This document shows positions 21,571-31,486 of a DNA stretch of 64,000 nt, in pieces. Each line of letters begins with the position of its first letter. Position 1 is the first letter of the stretch. This stretch comes from a gamma proteobacterium symbiont of Taylorina sp. Lineage in GTDB: Bacteria > Pseudomonadota > Gammaproteobacteria > GRL18. The stretch is taken from contig JAHXIV010000006.1 in NCBI GenBank assembly GCA_025655455.1, positions 20,045 to 84,044 of the forward strand, read 5' to 3'. Under the pieces are notes generated by a model. The model saw only the letters and a list, made by a program, of their open reading frames with translations, did not search any database and was not told the DNA's origin. A program made the translations under genes and the position numbers.

Positions 21571-22323
21571 CTAGTTAATAGGTTTTGTCGTTAATAACTT
21601 ATCAGCCAGTTGCTGCCCCTCAGCAAAGTCCAATGTGCCTTCATAGATAGCCCGGCCAGTGATAGCACCTGAAATGCCATGATGTGCAACTTTACAAATT
21701 GCCTCTACATCACCTAAATCATGAATACCACCAGAAGCAATGACCGAGATGCTGATTGCCTGAGCCAGAGCAGCTGTATTTTCCACATTGGCACCCTGCA
21801 TCATGCCGTCACGGCTGATATCTGTATAAATAATGGATTCAACACCATCATCTTCATAGCGTTTTGACAGGTCAAATAAGTCAACATCACAAACTTCAGC
21901 CCATCCTTTAATGGCGACTTTACCATCCAGTGCATCAAGGCCGACAATAATATGACCGGGAAATTCTTTACATAATTGAGTGACAAAGTCAGGATCTTCT
22001 ACTGCCTTTGTGCCAATAATAGCATATTCCACACCGGCATCAAGATAGGCTTCAACTGTTTTTATGGTGCGAATTCCACCCCCGATTTCAACGGGCAGAT
22101 CAGGGTATGTTTTACTGATTTCCTGAATAATTTTACCATTAACGGGTTTACCTTCAAAAGCACCATTGAGATCGACCAGATGCAGTCTTCTTGCGCCCGC
22201 GGTATGCCATTTTCCGGCCATTTCAACAGGATTATCAGAAAATACGGTGTCATCATCCATACGTCCCTGACGTAATCTGACACATTGGCCATCTTTTAAA
22301 TCAATTGCAGGTATTAATATCAT
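21571..22323 (-). CDS. hisA: ProFAR isomerase
   Basis: [22 protein letters not shown]. Confidence 0.97.
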   Translation of the reverse strand: MILIPAIDLKDGQCVRLRQGRMDDDTVFSDNPVEMAGKWHTAGARRLHLVDLNGAFEGKPVNGKIIQEISKTYPDLPVEIGGGIRTIKTVEAYLDAGVEYAIIGTKAVEDPDFVTQLCKEFPGHIIVGLDALDGKVAIKGWAEVCDVDLFDLSKRYEDDGVESIIYTDISRDGMMQGANVENTAALAQAISISVIASGGIHDLGDVEAICKVAHHGISGAITGRAIYEGTLDFAEGQQLADKLLTTKPIN

Positions 22324-22353
22324 AGTATTTCTCGATTGGAGTCCTCAGCAAAT

Positions 22354-22417
22354 AAAATTTTTCCGCTGTCGCTTTGCAAACATAATTACCTTGCAAATAA
22401 GACAGCGGATCAATTTT
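22354..22417. repeat. Palindromic repeat, copy A (ccgctgtc...ttgcaaa...gacagcgg)
   Basis: Perfect 8-bp arms at 22363 and 22401; homologous to 36277-36306 and 62326-62370. Confidence 0.85.
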
Positions 22418-22442
22418 ATGTTTTATAAAAATATTTTAAAAG

Positions 22443-23129
22443 TTATTGTCCGCTGCTGTCATAACTGCCATCCCAGTCAATAAAGTTTGCAAATAGCTGC
22501 AAACCGGCATCAGCACTTTTTTCCGGGTGAAATTGTGTGGCAAAAATATTTTCCTGTGCCAGTGCTACGCAAAGAGGATGCCCGTAAGTTGTTGAACCAG
22601 CAATCGACTCCGCTGTTTTGGGAATAGCAAAATAACTATGTACAAAATAAAATCTTTGATGCTGAGCAATGTTGTGCCATAAGGGATGTTTAATTTGCTG
22701 ACTAACCTGATTCCAACCCATGTGTGGGATCTTCAAACGTTCACCACTGGAGGGATCTATTAATTTTTCTGCAAAGCGTGTGACTTCACCGGGTATAATA
22801 TCAAGGCATTCCACACCATTATTTTCACTACTATGGGAGAGTAATGCCTGCATACCGATGCAGACTCCTAAAAAAGGCTTGTTTGCTGCAGCGTCTTTGA
22901 TAGTGTCGATTAAATCCAGCCGCTGCATTTCACCAATACAGTCACGAATAGCACCAACACCGGGTAGTACAATCCGATCAGCACTGCCGATGAGTTGCTT
23001 ATCGTTTGTAACATTAATGCTGACTGAACGTCCTGTTGTAAATTGAATAGCATGTTCCAGTGCTTTAGCAACAGAATGCAGATTTCCCATGCCGTAATCG
23101 ATTACAGCAATTGTTGTATGAGTTGTCAT
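22443..23129 (-). CDS. hisH: Imidazole glycerol phosphate synthase glutaminase subunit (likely start 23129)
   Basis: IDYGMGNL, GVCIGMQ, QFHPEKS. Confidence 0.95.
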   Translation of the reverse strand: MTTHTTIAVIDYGMGNLHSVAKALEHAIQFTTGRSVSINVTNDKQLIGSADRIVLPGVGAIRDCIGEMQRLDLIDTIKDAAANKPFLGVCIGMQALLSHSSENNGVECLDIIPGEVTRFAEKLIDPSSGERLKIPHMGWNQVSQQIKHPLWHNIAQHQRFYFVHSYFAIPKTAESIAGSTTYGHPLCVALAQENIFATQFHPEKSADAGLQLFANFIDWDGSYDSSGQ

Positions 23130-23160
23130 TAAATTGGTTTCAGATAACAAAAGTTAATTA

Positions 23161-23322
23161 GGGGGGCTGTCCGAGAATAGAAGTCGTCGCGAAGGAAAGC
23201 TGTTTTGAGTCAGATTTTGCTATCATTTGAAGCGAATAGTTGCGCTATTTAATGAAAATGATAGTGAAATCTGGCCAAAATCAGTTTTTCTGCAGTAGAC
23301 TTTCTATTCTCGGACAGGCTCC
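23161..23322. mobile_element. 162-bp MITE-like non-autonomous element
   Basis: 16-bp perfect inverted core ctgtccgagaatagaa (23167-82 and 23302-17), TA on both flanks, internally palindromic, no ORF. Confidence 0.85.
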
Positions 23323-23355
23323 TAGAGTAAATGCGTGAAAATTCAGCAGGTGTTA

Positions 23356-23973
23356 TTATAAACTACCCTTGGTTGAAGGGATAGTACCCTGCATTCTTTC
23401 ATCTTCACTGATTGCCATGCGCACGGCACGACCAAATGCTTTAAACACCGTTTCTGCAATATGGTGGTTATTATTGCCTCGAATATTATCGATATGTAAA
23501 GTCACCAGAGCATGATTAACAAAACCCTGGAAAAATTCATGGAACAGTTCAGTATCAAAATTTCCTATACTATTATTCTTATAATCAACCTGATCTTCTA
23601 ATCCGGGACGACCGGAAAAATCAATGACAACACGTGATAAAGCTTCGTCCAGAGGAACATAGGCGTGACCATAACGAGTGATCCCCTGTTTATCACCCAG
23701 TGCCTGTTTCATTGCCATGCCCAGGCTGATACCAATATCTTCAACCGTGTGGTGAGCATCGATATCCAGATCACCTTTAGCTTTGATGCTAATATCCATC
23801 ATGCCGTGACGGGCAATTTGATCGATCATATGCTCAAGAAACGGGACGCCTGTGTGGAGATCAGACTGTCCTGTTCCATCCAGATCAATACTGATTTCAA
23901 TTTGAGTCTCATTTGTATTGCGTGTAACAGAGGCTTGTCGGTTAGAATTTTGTTTTTGTATTGTCTTTGACAT
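23356..23973 (-). CDS. hisB: Imidazoleglycerol-phosphate dehydratase
   Basis: [15 protein letters not shown]. Confidence 0.97.
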   Translation of the reverse strand: MSKTIQKQNSNRQASVTRNTNETQIEISIDLDGTGQSDLHTGVPFLEHMIDQIARHGMMDISIKAKGDLDIDAHHTVEDIGISLGMAMKQALGDKQGITRYGHAYVPLDEALSRVVIDFSGRPGLEDQVDYKNNSIGNFDTELFHEFFQGFVNHALVTLHIDNIRGNNNHHIAETVFKAFGRAVRMAISEDERMQGTIPSTKGSL

Positions 23974-24136
23974 TATTTTGCTTGACCTCAGCTTAAAGGA
24001 TGACGTATTGATTAAAGTTGCAAAGTTAAGATGGGCAGTAAATTCCGAGTTTGTCTAAAGGACTTATTATAGATTTTTCTTAAATATTAGCAATATCTAA
24101 GATAATAGTTTTTTTTATAAGGTTTTTGTTATAAAA

Positions 24137-24150
24137 TTGACATTTATCAA
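24137..24150. promoter_or_regulatory. FNR box upstream of fnr
   Basis: TTGAC-ATTT-ATCAA, 9/10 match to TTGAT-N4-ATCAA. Confidence 0.65.
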
Positions 24151-24166
24151 CTTATTTTATTGTTAA

Positions 24167-24205
24167 GGCTTCTTGTTAGGACTTCTTGTTAGGGCTTCTT
24201 GTTAA
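24167..24205 (+). repeat. 3 x 13-bp tandem repeat g(g/a)cttcttgtta(g/a)
   Basis: Read directly in the fnr leader. Confidence 0.9.
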
Positions 24206-24256
24206 GGAGAATAATTTAATGGAATTAAAAGTGTCTGATCAACCTGAAGGTACTCA

Positions 24257-25018
24257 ATGAGAGATAATAAGATTGTTGATTTGCATGGTATCAATGTTTC
24301 TTGTAATGAATGTAGCTTACACCAACTTTGTTTACCTCAGTCGATTGATGGTGCTGAACTGGAAAAGCTGGATTATATTATAGAGCGAAAAAAGCCATTA
24401 AAACGTAATGAATATCTTTTTCAGGTAGGCAGTGCTTTTGATTCTATTTATGTGGTTCGTTCAGGTTCTTTAAAGACCTTTTCACCAACTATTGACGGGC
24501 AGGAACAGGTGACAGGATTTCATCTGCCGGGTGAACTGCTGGGATTGGATGCAATTGGTAAGGGGCATCATCCCTGTGTTGCTAAAGCATTGGAAACCAC
24601 CAGTGTTTGTGAAATTCCATTTGACCGTCTGGAAGAACTCGCTCAGGAACTACCCACATTACAACACCAGCTGCTGCGTCTTATGAGTAAAGAAATCTTT
24701 GATGATCAGGAATTAATGCTTCTCTTAGGTAAGAAAACTGCTGAAGCACGTTTATCCGCTTTTTTACTGAGTATTTCATTAAGATTTAAGCAAAGAGGTT
24801 TTTCTTCAACAGAATTTTATCTTAGTATGTCACGTAATGACATTGCGAATTATCTGGGGCTGGCAGTTGAAACTGTGAGCCGTATGTTTACTCGTTTTCA
24901 GGATGACGGGATTATTACAGCTGAACGCAAGCATATAATGATAAAAAATTGGAATGCATTACAACAAATGGCAGGGATCAGCCAGTTGAGTGAAAAAGTA
25001 AGTAAAAGTAGTATATAG
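24257..25018 (+). CDS. fnr: FNR/Anr oxygen-sensing regulator
   Basis: N-terminal CNECSLHQLC Cys cluster, CEIPF, ETVSR helix-turn-helix. Confidence 0.93.
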   Translation: MRDNKIVDLHGINVSCNECSLHQLCLPQSIDGAELEKLDYIIERKKPLKRNEYLFQVGSAFDSIYVVRSGSLKTFSPTIDGQEQVTGFHLPGELLGLDAIGKGHHPCVAKALETTSVCEIPFDRLEELAQELPTLQHQLLRLMSKEIFDDQELMLLLGKKTAEARLSAFLLSISLRFKQRGFSSTEFYLSMSRNDIANYLGLAVETVSRMFTRFQDDGIITAERKHIMIKNWNALQQMAGISQLSEKVSKSSI

Positions 25019-25062
25019 ACAAGACAAACTCTAGTAAAAATTAGAGATTCAATAATTAGAAA

Positions 25063-25869
25063 TCAAAGCTCAGCCATAATATTCTTCAGGTAAGCTTTAA
25101 CCGTATCGGGTTCAAACGGTTTGTCGCATATTCCTGATACACCGGATTGCTGCACTGCAGCTAAACGATTATCATCATTCTCACTGGTCACCATCAATAT
25201 TGGGATTGTACTTTGTGTACTTTTTCCCCTGATATAACGGGTTAGTTCCTCTCCGTCCATTTCCGGCATATTGTAATCAGTTACGATCAGATCAAAAAAG
25301 TTGTTTTCAATGAGAGGAATAGCTTCTTTGCCGTTGACAGCTTCAACAAATGAATTAATACCCATATTACTTAAAACACGTTTGATATGTTTTCTGGCCA
25401 TTGCGCTGTCATCAACGACTAAAACATGCAGTTCATTAAAATTTAAACTATCAGTATCATTGACACAGGGATTAATAAAATCCAGTGTATTATAAAGTGC
25501 TCTTTTTAAATCTTCCAATACAAAGGGTTTTGGTAATATGGCCACTACACCAGCCTGTCGTATGGGATCAAGTTGTTCAAAGGAAGTTTCACTGGAAATC
25601 AGCATAAATGGTACTTTTTCCAGTTGTTCATCATTACGCATTGAAATGACAAGCTCAGTACCGGTCATATCAGGAAGGTATAGAGAACTGACCACCAGAT
25701 CAGGTGGATTATGTGATAATACTTCCAGTGCCTGAGCACCGCTGTGTGCTACTTGTATACTGCCAACCTGTGCATCCTGAAAATGATTTTGAATAATCCT
25801 GGCTTGTACTTTAGAAGGTTCAACGACCAGTATAACGAGATCGGAAATGGTCAGTGTTGTCTCTAGCAT
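25063..25869 (-). CDS. Tandem double-receiver response regulator with no output domain
   Basis: Two REC domains; second has VVDD and TDYNMP; first is degenerate (VVEP, SSLYLP). Confidence 0.85.
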   Translation of the reverse strand: MLETTLTISDLVILVVEPSKVQARIIQNHFQDAQVGSIQVAHSGAQALEVLSHNPPDLVVSSLYLPDMTGTELVISMRNDEQLEKVPFMLISSETSFEQLDPIRQAGVVAILPKPFVLEDLKRALYNTLDFINPCVNDTDSLNFNELHVLVVDDSAMARKHIKRVLSNMGINSFVEAVNGKEAIPLIENNFFDLIVTDYNMPEMDGEELTRYIRGKSTQSTIPILMVTSENDDNRLAAVQQSGVSGICDKPFEPDTVKAYLKNIMAEL

Positions 25870-25873
25870 GTCT

Positions 25874-27619
25874 TTATTCCTGATGATAACAAAATTTTTC
25901 TATGGTGCTGGAAAGTTGTTCCGGGCTGACGGGCTTGGTGATAAAGTCATCCATGCCTGAAGCAAGACAGATATCTCGACTATCAAGTGTTGCATAAGCT
26001 GTGAGTGCGATAATTGGAATATGCTTACTTTTTGTTTCCGGTATCTGTTCTTCCTCTTCACGATCTTCTCTTTCGCGCCACAGTCTGGTGGTTTCAGGAC
26101 CATTGATTTCCGGTATATTCATATCCATAAAAACCAGATCAAAATTACTTTGGGAAAGTGTTTCTAATGCACTTTTTCCATTGAATACCCGTTGTGTAAT
26201 GTGCCCCATATTTTGTAGAAAATTTTGCAGTACCATTGCGTTAATATCTTCATCTTCCACGATTAAAATATTAAGAGAAGAGTCGTTTAGCTTATTAACC
26301 GTTTGATTTATTTCTATATCTTTCTCTTTTGCCGTGGACAATGATAATGTAAACCAAAAGTGACTGCCATTATTTAATTCACTGCTGACACCAATTTGTC
26401 CGCCCATTAATTCTACCAGTTGTTTGGAAATTGTTGTGCCCAGACCCGTTCCTGTATCGGTTGTATTATATTGATGATTATCTACCTGAGTAAAGCTGTT
26501 AAAGATATCTTTTTGTTGTTTTTCACTCATTCCGACTCCAGTATCAATAATATCAAAATGGAGACATATTTTTTGTTTGGAATGATGCATCAATTGAGCT
26601 TCAGCGGGAATAATAGAAATGTTTAAAGAAACTTCACCTTGTCGGGTAAATTTAATGGCATTACCGACCAGATTGAATAACACCTGTCTGATACGCTGAT
26701 TATCGCCGATAAAGAAAACGGGTAATTTGGGGTCAATAGAACTTGTGAGTTTCAAAGATTGTTTTTCTGCATCCGGTTTTAAAACGGCAATCACTTCGTT
26801 AATTATCTGGTGCAAATCAAAGGCTTCATGTTTTAAGATCAGTTTTTTTGCTTCAATTTTTGAGAAATCAAGGATATCATCAATCAATGTGTGTAAAGAT
26901 TTTGCAGCATTCACCAGCGTATTTGTGTATTGTCTTTGTTCTTCACTTTGTTGCGTCTTTTGTAGTAAGTATGCGGTTCCTACAATACCGCTCATGGGTG
27001 TTCTGATTTCATGGCTCATAATAGCCAGAAAACTGCTTTTTGCTCTGGTAGCATGTACGGCTTCTTTTCTGGCAATATGTAATTGTTTGATCATTGAATA
27101 CAAATAAATGGGCATAACGATTAACACAAAAATTTGTGCTGAAGAACCAAGAGGATTGTTCATCCAGGATTTATCAAGGTAGAGCAGTAAATTATATTCA
27201 AACATAACCAATAATACTGCACTCAATAAATAAGGCAGACCATAACGAGTGCCATAGGCAATATAAAGCCAGATGTAAATCAACATAAATTCACTTTCAC
27301 CGCCACCGGTGAGAAAAATAGCATAGGATGTATAGGTAAAATCAAAGATAAGGGTAATATAACGTCGTATAGTTGATTCAGGATTACGAAATAGATCGAT
27401 GCCAAGTACTAATGTGGTGATAAAATAGATCGTGGCAAAATTAAAATAAAGATTGGAAGATACTTCAAAGTCACCACTTGACATGCCGATCCAGAAGTAT
27501 AAGGCAATGCAGAGACCCAGACTCAGGCGCACCACAAAGGAATAAAATTCCTGAGTGTGCATAACAACTGAAAATGGATGAATTTTCATAAACGGTTTAG
27601 ATGGCTTTGCTGTGATCAA
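25874..27619 (-). CDS. Hybrid sensor histidine kinase with RpfC-like membrane input
   Basis: Multi-TM N-terminus, MSHEIRTP H-box, N/G boxes, C-terminal REC domain. Confidence 0.88.
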   Translation of the reverse strand: MITAKPSKPFMKIHPFSVVMHTQEFYSFVVRLSLGLCIALYFWIGMSSGDFEVSSNLYFNFATIYFITTLVLGIDLFRNPESTIRRYITLIFDFTYTSYAIFLTGGGESEFMLIYIWLYIAYGTRYGLPYLLSAVLLVMFEYNLLLYLDKSWMNNPLGSSAQIFVLIVMPIYLYSMIKQLHIARKEAVHATRAKSSFLAIMSHEIRTPMSGIVGTAYLLQKTQQSEEQRQYTNTLVNAAKSLHTLIDDILDFSKIEAKKLILKHEAFDLHQIINEVIAVLKPDAEKQSLKLTSSIDPKLPVFFIGDNQRIRQVLFNLVGNAIKFTRQGEVSLNISIIPAEAQLMHHSKQKICLHFDIIDTGVGMSEKQQKDIFNSFTQVDNHQYNTTDTGTGLGTTISKQLVELMGGQIGVSSELNNGSHFWFTLSLSTAKEKDIEINQTVNKLNDSSLNILIVEDEDINAMVLQNFLQNMGHITQRVFNGKSALETLSQSNFDLVFMDMNIPEINGPETTRLWREREDREEEEQIPETKSKHIPIIALTAYATLDSRDICLASGMDDFITKPVSPEQLSSTIEKFCYHQE

Positions 27620-27691
27620 TTGATTGCTTAAACGGGTGTTAATTATGTCATAATAGAGACTATTGTTATAGTAAAAAGAAAGAGAATTTTT

Positions 27692-28825
27692 ATGGGTAAA
27701 ATTATCATTATTGGTGCTGGTATTATCGGTATGCTTACAGCCAGAATTTTAATAAAATCAGGCATATCAGTTTGCATTATCGAACAGGGATATGCCGGCA
27801 GGGAATCTTCATGGGCTGGCGGAGGGATAATATCACCCTTATATCCATGGCGTTATGATGGCTCTGTGACACGTCTTGCTCAATGGGGACAGCAGCATTA
27901 TCCTGGAGTATTAGATAAAATCTATCAGAGTTCAGGTATTGATCCTGAGTACATCCAAAGCGGCTTGTTATACCTGGATATTGAAGATGAATTAGAGCAA
28001 GCCAAAGCATGGGAAACTCAATATCATTATCCTTTTACTGCAGTATCAGGGGATGATTTAAGCACACTGGAAGTGGAGTTGAATCACTCATTTAAACAAG
28101 GCTGGTTTACTGATTCGATTGCCCAGGTTCGTAATCCCAGACTGGTACGCTCTTTACGTGAAGATCTGCTGCGTCTTGGGGTCACCATTGAGCAGCAGAC
28201 CCAGGCTCAGTCTTTTATTATCGAAAATAATCATCTAAGAGGAGTGGTGACGGATAAAGGTACTTTTTATGGAGATCGAATTGTGGTTGCCGGTGGTGCC
28301 TGGAGCAGTCGTCTGTTGGAACAATGGGTAAAGATCCCAAAAATTGCACCTGTTAAGGGACAAATGATTGTCTTTAAAGCACAACCGGGCCTGGTTTCCA
28401 GAATTATCCTGAGTAAAGGGCGTTATGTTATCCCCCGTAAAGATGGTCGGGTTGTGGTGGGTAGCACACTGGAATTTGATGAGTTTGATAAAACAACGAC
28501 ACAGGATGTACTGGAAGAATTAAAACAGGAAGCGGTCAGAATTATTCCTGCCTTAAAAAATTATCCGGTTGAAAAACAATGGGCAGGCTTGCGACCCGGT
28601 TCAATTGATGGTGTACCCTATATTGGAGAACACCCTGAATTAAAAAATTTATATATGAATGCCGGTCATTTTAGAAATGGGGTGGTTATTGGTTTGGCTT
28701 CCTGTCAGTTATTAGTGGATCAATTGTTAGGGCAGCAAACAATTATGGATCCCACCCCCTATTTATTGACAGATGATCGTCTGGTCAGTGATAGCCGTTT
28801 AATTGATTTACGAATGGCTATTTAG
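27692..28825 (+). CDS. thiO: Glycine oxidase ThiO-family FAD oxidoreductase
   Basis: GAGIIG, SSWAGGGI, WAGLRP, GHFRNG. Confidence 0.85.
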   Translation: MGKIIIIGAGIIGMLTARILIKSGISVCIIEQGYAGRESSWAGGGIISPLYPWRYDGSVTRLAQWGQQHYPGVLDKIYQSSGIDPEYIQSGLLYLDIEDELEQAKAWETQYHYPFTAVSGDDLSTLEVELNHSFKQGWFTDSIAQVRNPRLVRSLREDLLRLGVTIEQQTQAQSFIIENNHLRGVVTDKGTFYGDRIVVAGGAWSSRLLEQWVKIPKIAPVKGQMIVFKAQPGLVSRIILSKGRYVIPRKDGRVVVGSTLEFDEFDKTTTQDVLEELKQEAVRIIPALKNYPVEKQWAGLRPGSIDGVPYIGEHPELKNLYMNAGHFRNGVVIGLASCQLLVDQLLGQQTIMDPTPYLLTDDRLVSDSRLIDLRMAI

Positions 28826-28908
28826 GCTGACTCCAACCCCATACTGATATGATCTCTGTTACAGTTGTTTACTGACAATGCCAGTCAAGCCATTGAGACT
28901 TTACATTA

Positions 28909-28933
28909 TTTTGTATTAATGTGTAATACAAAA
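28909..28933. promoter_or_regulatory. Palindromic operator upstream of parD
   Basis: ttttgtatta-N5-taatacaaaa, perfect 10-bp arms. Confidence 0.65.
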
Positions 28934-28946
28934 GATGAGGTAAATC

Positions 28947-29336
28947 ATGCCAAGAAATACCAGTATCACATTGGGTGAACATTTTTCAGGATTTATTGAA
29001 GGAAAAATTCTGCAAGGGCGATTTGAATCAACCAGTGAAGCAGTAAGATCCGCTTTGCGCCTTCTTGAAGAACGTGAAACAAAATTCGATCTGCTAAGAA
29101 ACAAACTTTCCATTGGGGAAGCACAACTTGATCAAGGTGAAGGGGTAGAGGGTGATGAGTTTATGCAAGAACTGGCTGAAAGCCCTTTGCATGGGAAAAA
29201 ACGAGAAGAATTAAAAATCGGATATTATAGTGAATTTATAGACTCACATACCATTTACTATAGAATTAATTCTGCACACATCGATATTATTGATGTATTA
29301 CATCAGTCTATGGAACCATCAAAATATATTATTTAA
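28947..29336 (+). pseudogene. In-frame fusion of a ParD antitoxin with the C-terminal half of a ParE toxin
   Basis: aa 1-76 are ParD-like (NTSITLGEHF...SEAVRSALRLLE); remainder resembles the ParE C-terminal half (GKKREEL...HTIYY...DVLHQSM). Confidence 0.75.
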
Positions 29337-30225
29337 CCAGGACTCCAGACAGAGAATAATCCATTCCCTCAACCTCCTGTATTGAAAAATTATTGTAATG
29401 ACTTTCCTGTTATCAACAGGATCAGGTTCCATTGATTAAACCTGACCCGGCATAGCTGGATAAATCTTTTAATGTATAGTAAAGATTGCTTCATCATCCC
29501 CACAGGGAAGACTTTTCTCTACGTTTTTAGAAAATCAGGGGATCAGAGTCATTGATTTCTTCTTCACCATAATCAAAGAACCAAAGCTATTAAATTTGAT
29601 TGTCTAATCAAATATTTCTCTGATTTTCTATCTCCTGCATGATTTGTCATAAGGATAACATAGAACATTTATATTTCATTTCATCCCATCCCTTCTTGTA
29701 TAATTCACGACTGTAAAACCGTAAGCCAAGGAATTATTGTAGAAATGCTATCTTAGTGTCTAATCATGCAACATATTATAAAGACTTGGTATTAAAAGAG
29801 AATGTTTTGCAATAAAGTGTTTTTATTATTTTATTATTACAAGCTATTGATAATAAAGTCTATATTTTTACAAAACAAAGACAACAGTGTGTCGTCTCAG
29901 GGGGAATGGATAGGAAAGTGTTGCTGAAGAGCAACATTAAGCAGTTGAAATAACCTTATGATTCATTTATATAACAATCTAGAGTCGGAGAAAACAATAA
30001 GGCTAAGTTATATGAATTATGTTACAAGAATCGAAGTGTTTGTAGTAAAGGCAAACGACTGGCTTTAGCTGCCTTTTAAAAAAGAGAAGCTAAAGTTGGC
30101 TGACAGGTGTAAGCCAAAGGCAATTGCACCATCAACCGAAGGAGCTATTATGAGATACTTTACGGTCTCACTCACCTTTCGCTATAGTCCTTTTTCAGCT
30201 ATTTTTCAATATCCCATTTTACAGC

Positions 30226-30327
30226 AGGGGTCGGAGTCAAATACCTCCGTAGCTGATACTGACTCTGGTACAAATAATTAATAATACTATTAAATCAATG
30301 GATTGGGATGATTTGACTCTGACCCTT
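30226..30327. repeat. Inverted repeat gggtc(g/a)gagtcaaat flanking an AT-rich spacer
   Basis: 15-bp arms at 30228-42 and 30311-25 with 1 mismatch; related motifs at 28828 and 29539. Confidence 0.8.
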
Positions 30328-30349
30328 AAAGAAACTCCTACAAAAAGTT

Positions 30350-30362
30350 GACCAAGTTGGTC
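30350..30362. promoter_or_regulatory. Putative Phd-type operator overlapping a -35-like TTGACC
   Basis: gaccaa-g-ttggtc palindrome. Confidence 0.5.
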
Positions 30363-30401
30363 TATTTTGGTAGGGTTGGTTTAAATATAGGAGAAAATCT
30401 G

Positions 30402-30650
30402 ATGATTGTTAATGTATCAGAAGCAAAAACAAATTTATCTAAACTTATCAATCTTGCTTATCAGGGTGAAGAAGTTATTATTGCAAAAAATAACTTACCC
30501 TTAGTTGAATTAGTAGTACACAAACCAAAAAGTAAAATAGTTTTTGGTTTGTTATCAAGCAAGGATTTTGATCAGCTGGATGATAATATTATGGATGAAA
30601 CTGATGAGGTGAATGATTTATTTTATAATCATGAAATTAAACCAAAATGA
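30402..30650 (+). CDS. Phd/YefM-family antitoxin
   Basis: VNVSEAKTNLSKLI...GEEVIIA; AGGAG ribosome-binding site before ATG 30402. Confidence 0.88.
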   Translation: MIVNVSEAKTNLSKLINLAYQGEEVIIAKNNLPLVELVVHKPKSKIVFGLLSSKDFDQLDDNIMDETDEVNDLFYNHEIKPK

Positions 30651-31015
30651 ATATTCTTATAGACACTCATATTTTTATATGGCTGTTAAAAAAACCTGAA
30701 AAATTAGAGCCCAGACATATTCAGATTTTAAAATCACCCAATGTTTTTTTTCTCAGCTCAATCAGTATTGCAGAAATGATGATTAAATCCAGTGTTGGCA
30801 AATTAAATGTAGATTATGATCCGATAGATATGGCATTGAAAAGCGGCTTAAAACTTCTTGATTTTAGTGCACAAGATGCAAATCATTTAAAAAAGTTACC
30901 CTTATATCATAAAGATCCTTTTGACAGAATGTTGATTGCTCAAAGCCTTTGTCAGAGCCTTCCAATAATGACATGTGATAAAATATTTAAAGATTATGAG
31001 TGTAATTTAATATAG
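30647..31015 (+). CDS. PIN-domain (VapC-like) toxin
   Basis: LIDTHIFIW, HKDPFDRMLIAQ; ATGA overlap with the antitoxin. Confidence 0.92.
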   Translation: MNILIDTHIFIWLLKKPEKLEPRHIQILKSPNVFFLSSISIAEMMIKSSVGKLNVDYDPIDMALKSGLKLLDFSAQDANHLKKLPLYHKDPFDRMLIAQSLCQSLPIMTCDKIFKDYECNLI

Positions 31016-31042
31016 CTAATTTAGTCAATATACCCAAACAAC

Positions 31043-31375
31043 TTGAAAATACAGGTCGATTTGAAGAGATTTTTTTACAACGATACAAAATCTGCATTAG
31101 ATGATGTTTGGGGCAAAGATTATAAATTTACTACAAGTTTTAAAAAGGATTTAAAATGTCAGAAGAAGCGAGAAAAATCTCGTGACAAAATTGAAACAGT
31201 CATTAAATTTATTTGTACAGATGGTGATGTGCCTGCTGAATACATACCTCATAATTTATCAGGTAATTGGAAAAGATACCGCGAATGTCACATAGAACCA
31301 GATTGGTTGCTTATCTATTCTGTAGAAAGTGATGAATTAGCGATTTTCTACCGAACAGGTACTCACTCTAGTTGA
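31043..31375 (+). pseudogene. YafQ-family mRNA interferase, probably degraded, with no cognate antitoxin
   Basis: HNLSGNWKRYRECHIEPDWLLIY; abnormal N-terminus; ends TGTHSS instead of HSxLF. Confidence 0.65.
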
Positions 31376-31486
31376 AGTCCATTCATTTGAAGTCTTTTCA
31401 TCGGTAAAGATAACAACTCTGCCAGGAATACTTCTGATTACATCCTCAATCTATTTTTAGCATTAGGTATGATCTAAATAATTCAG

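Noticed and set aside
29340-30220. Possible ORFs in the TA island spacer, including 30096-30281
   Set aside because: Short, with no recognisable homology; the 30096 ORF runs through the inverted-repeat motif
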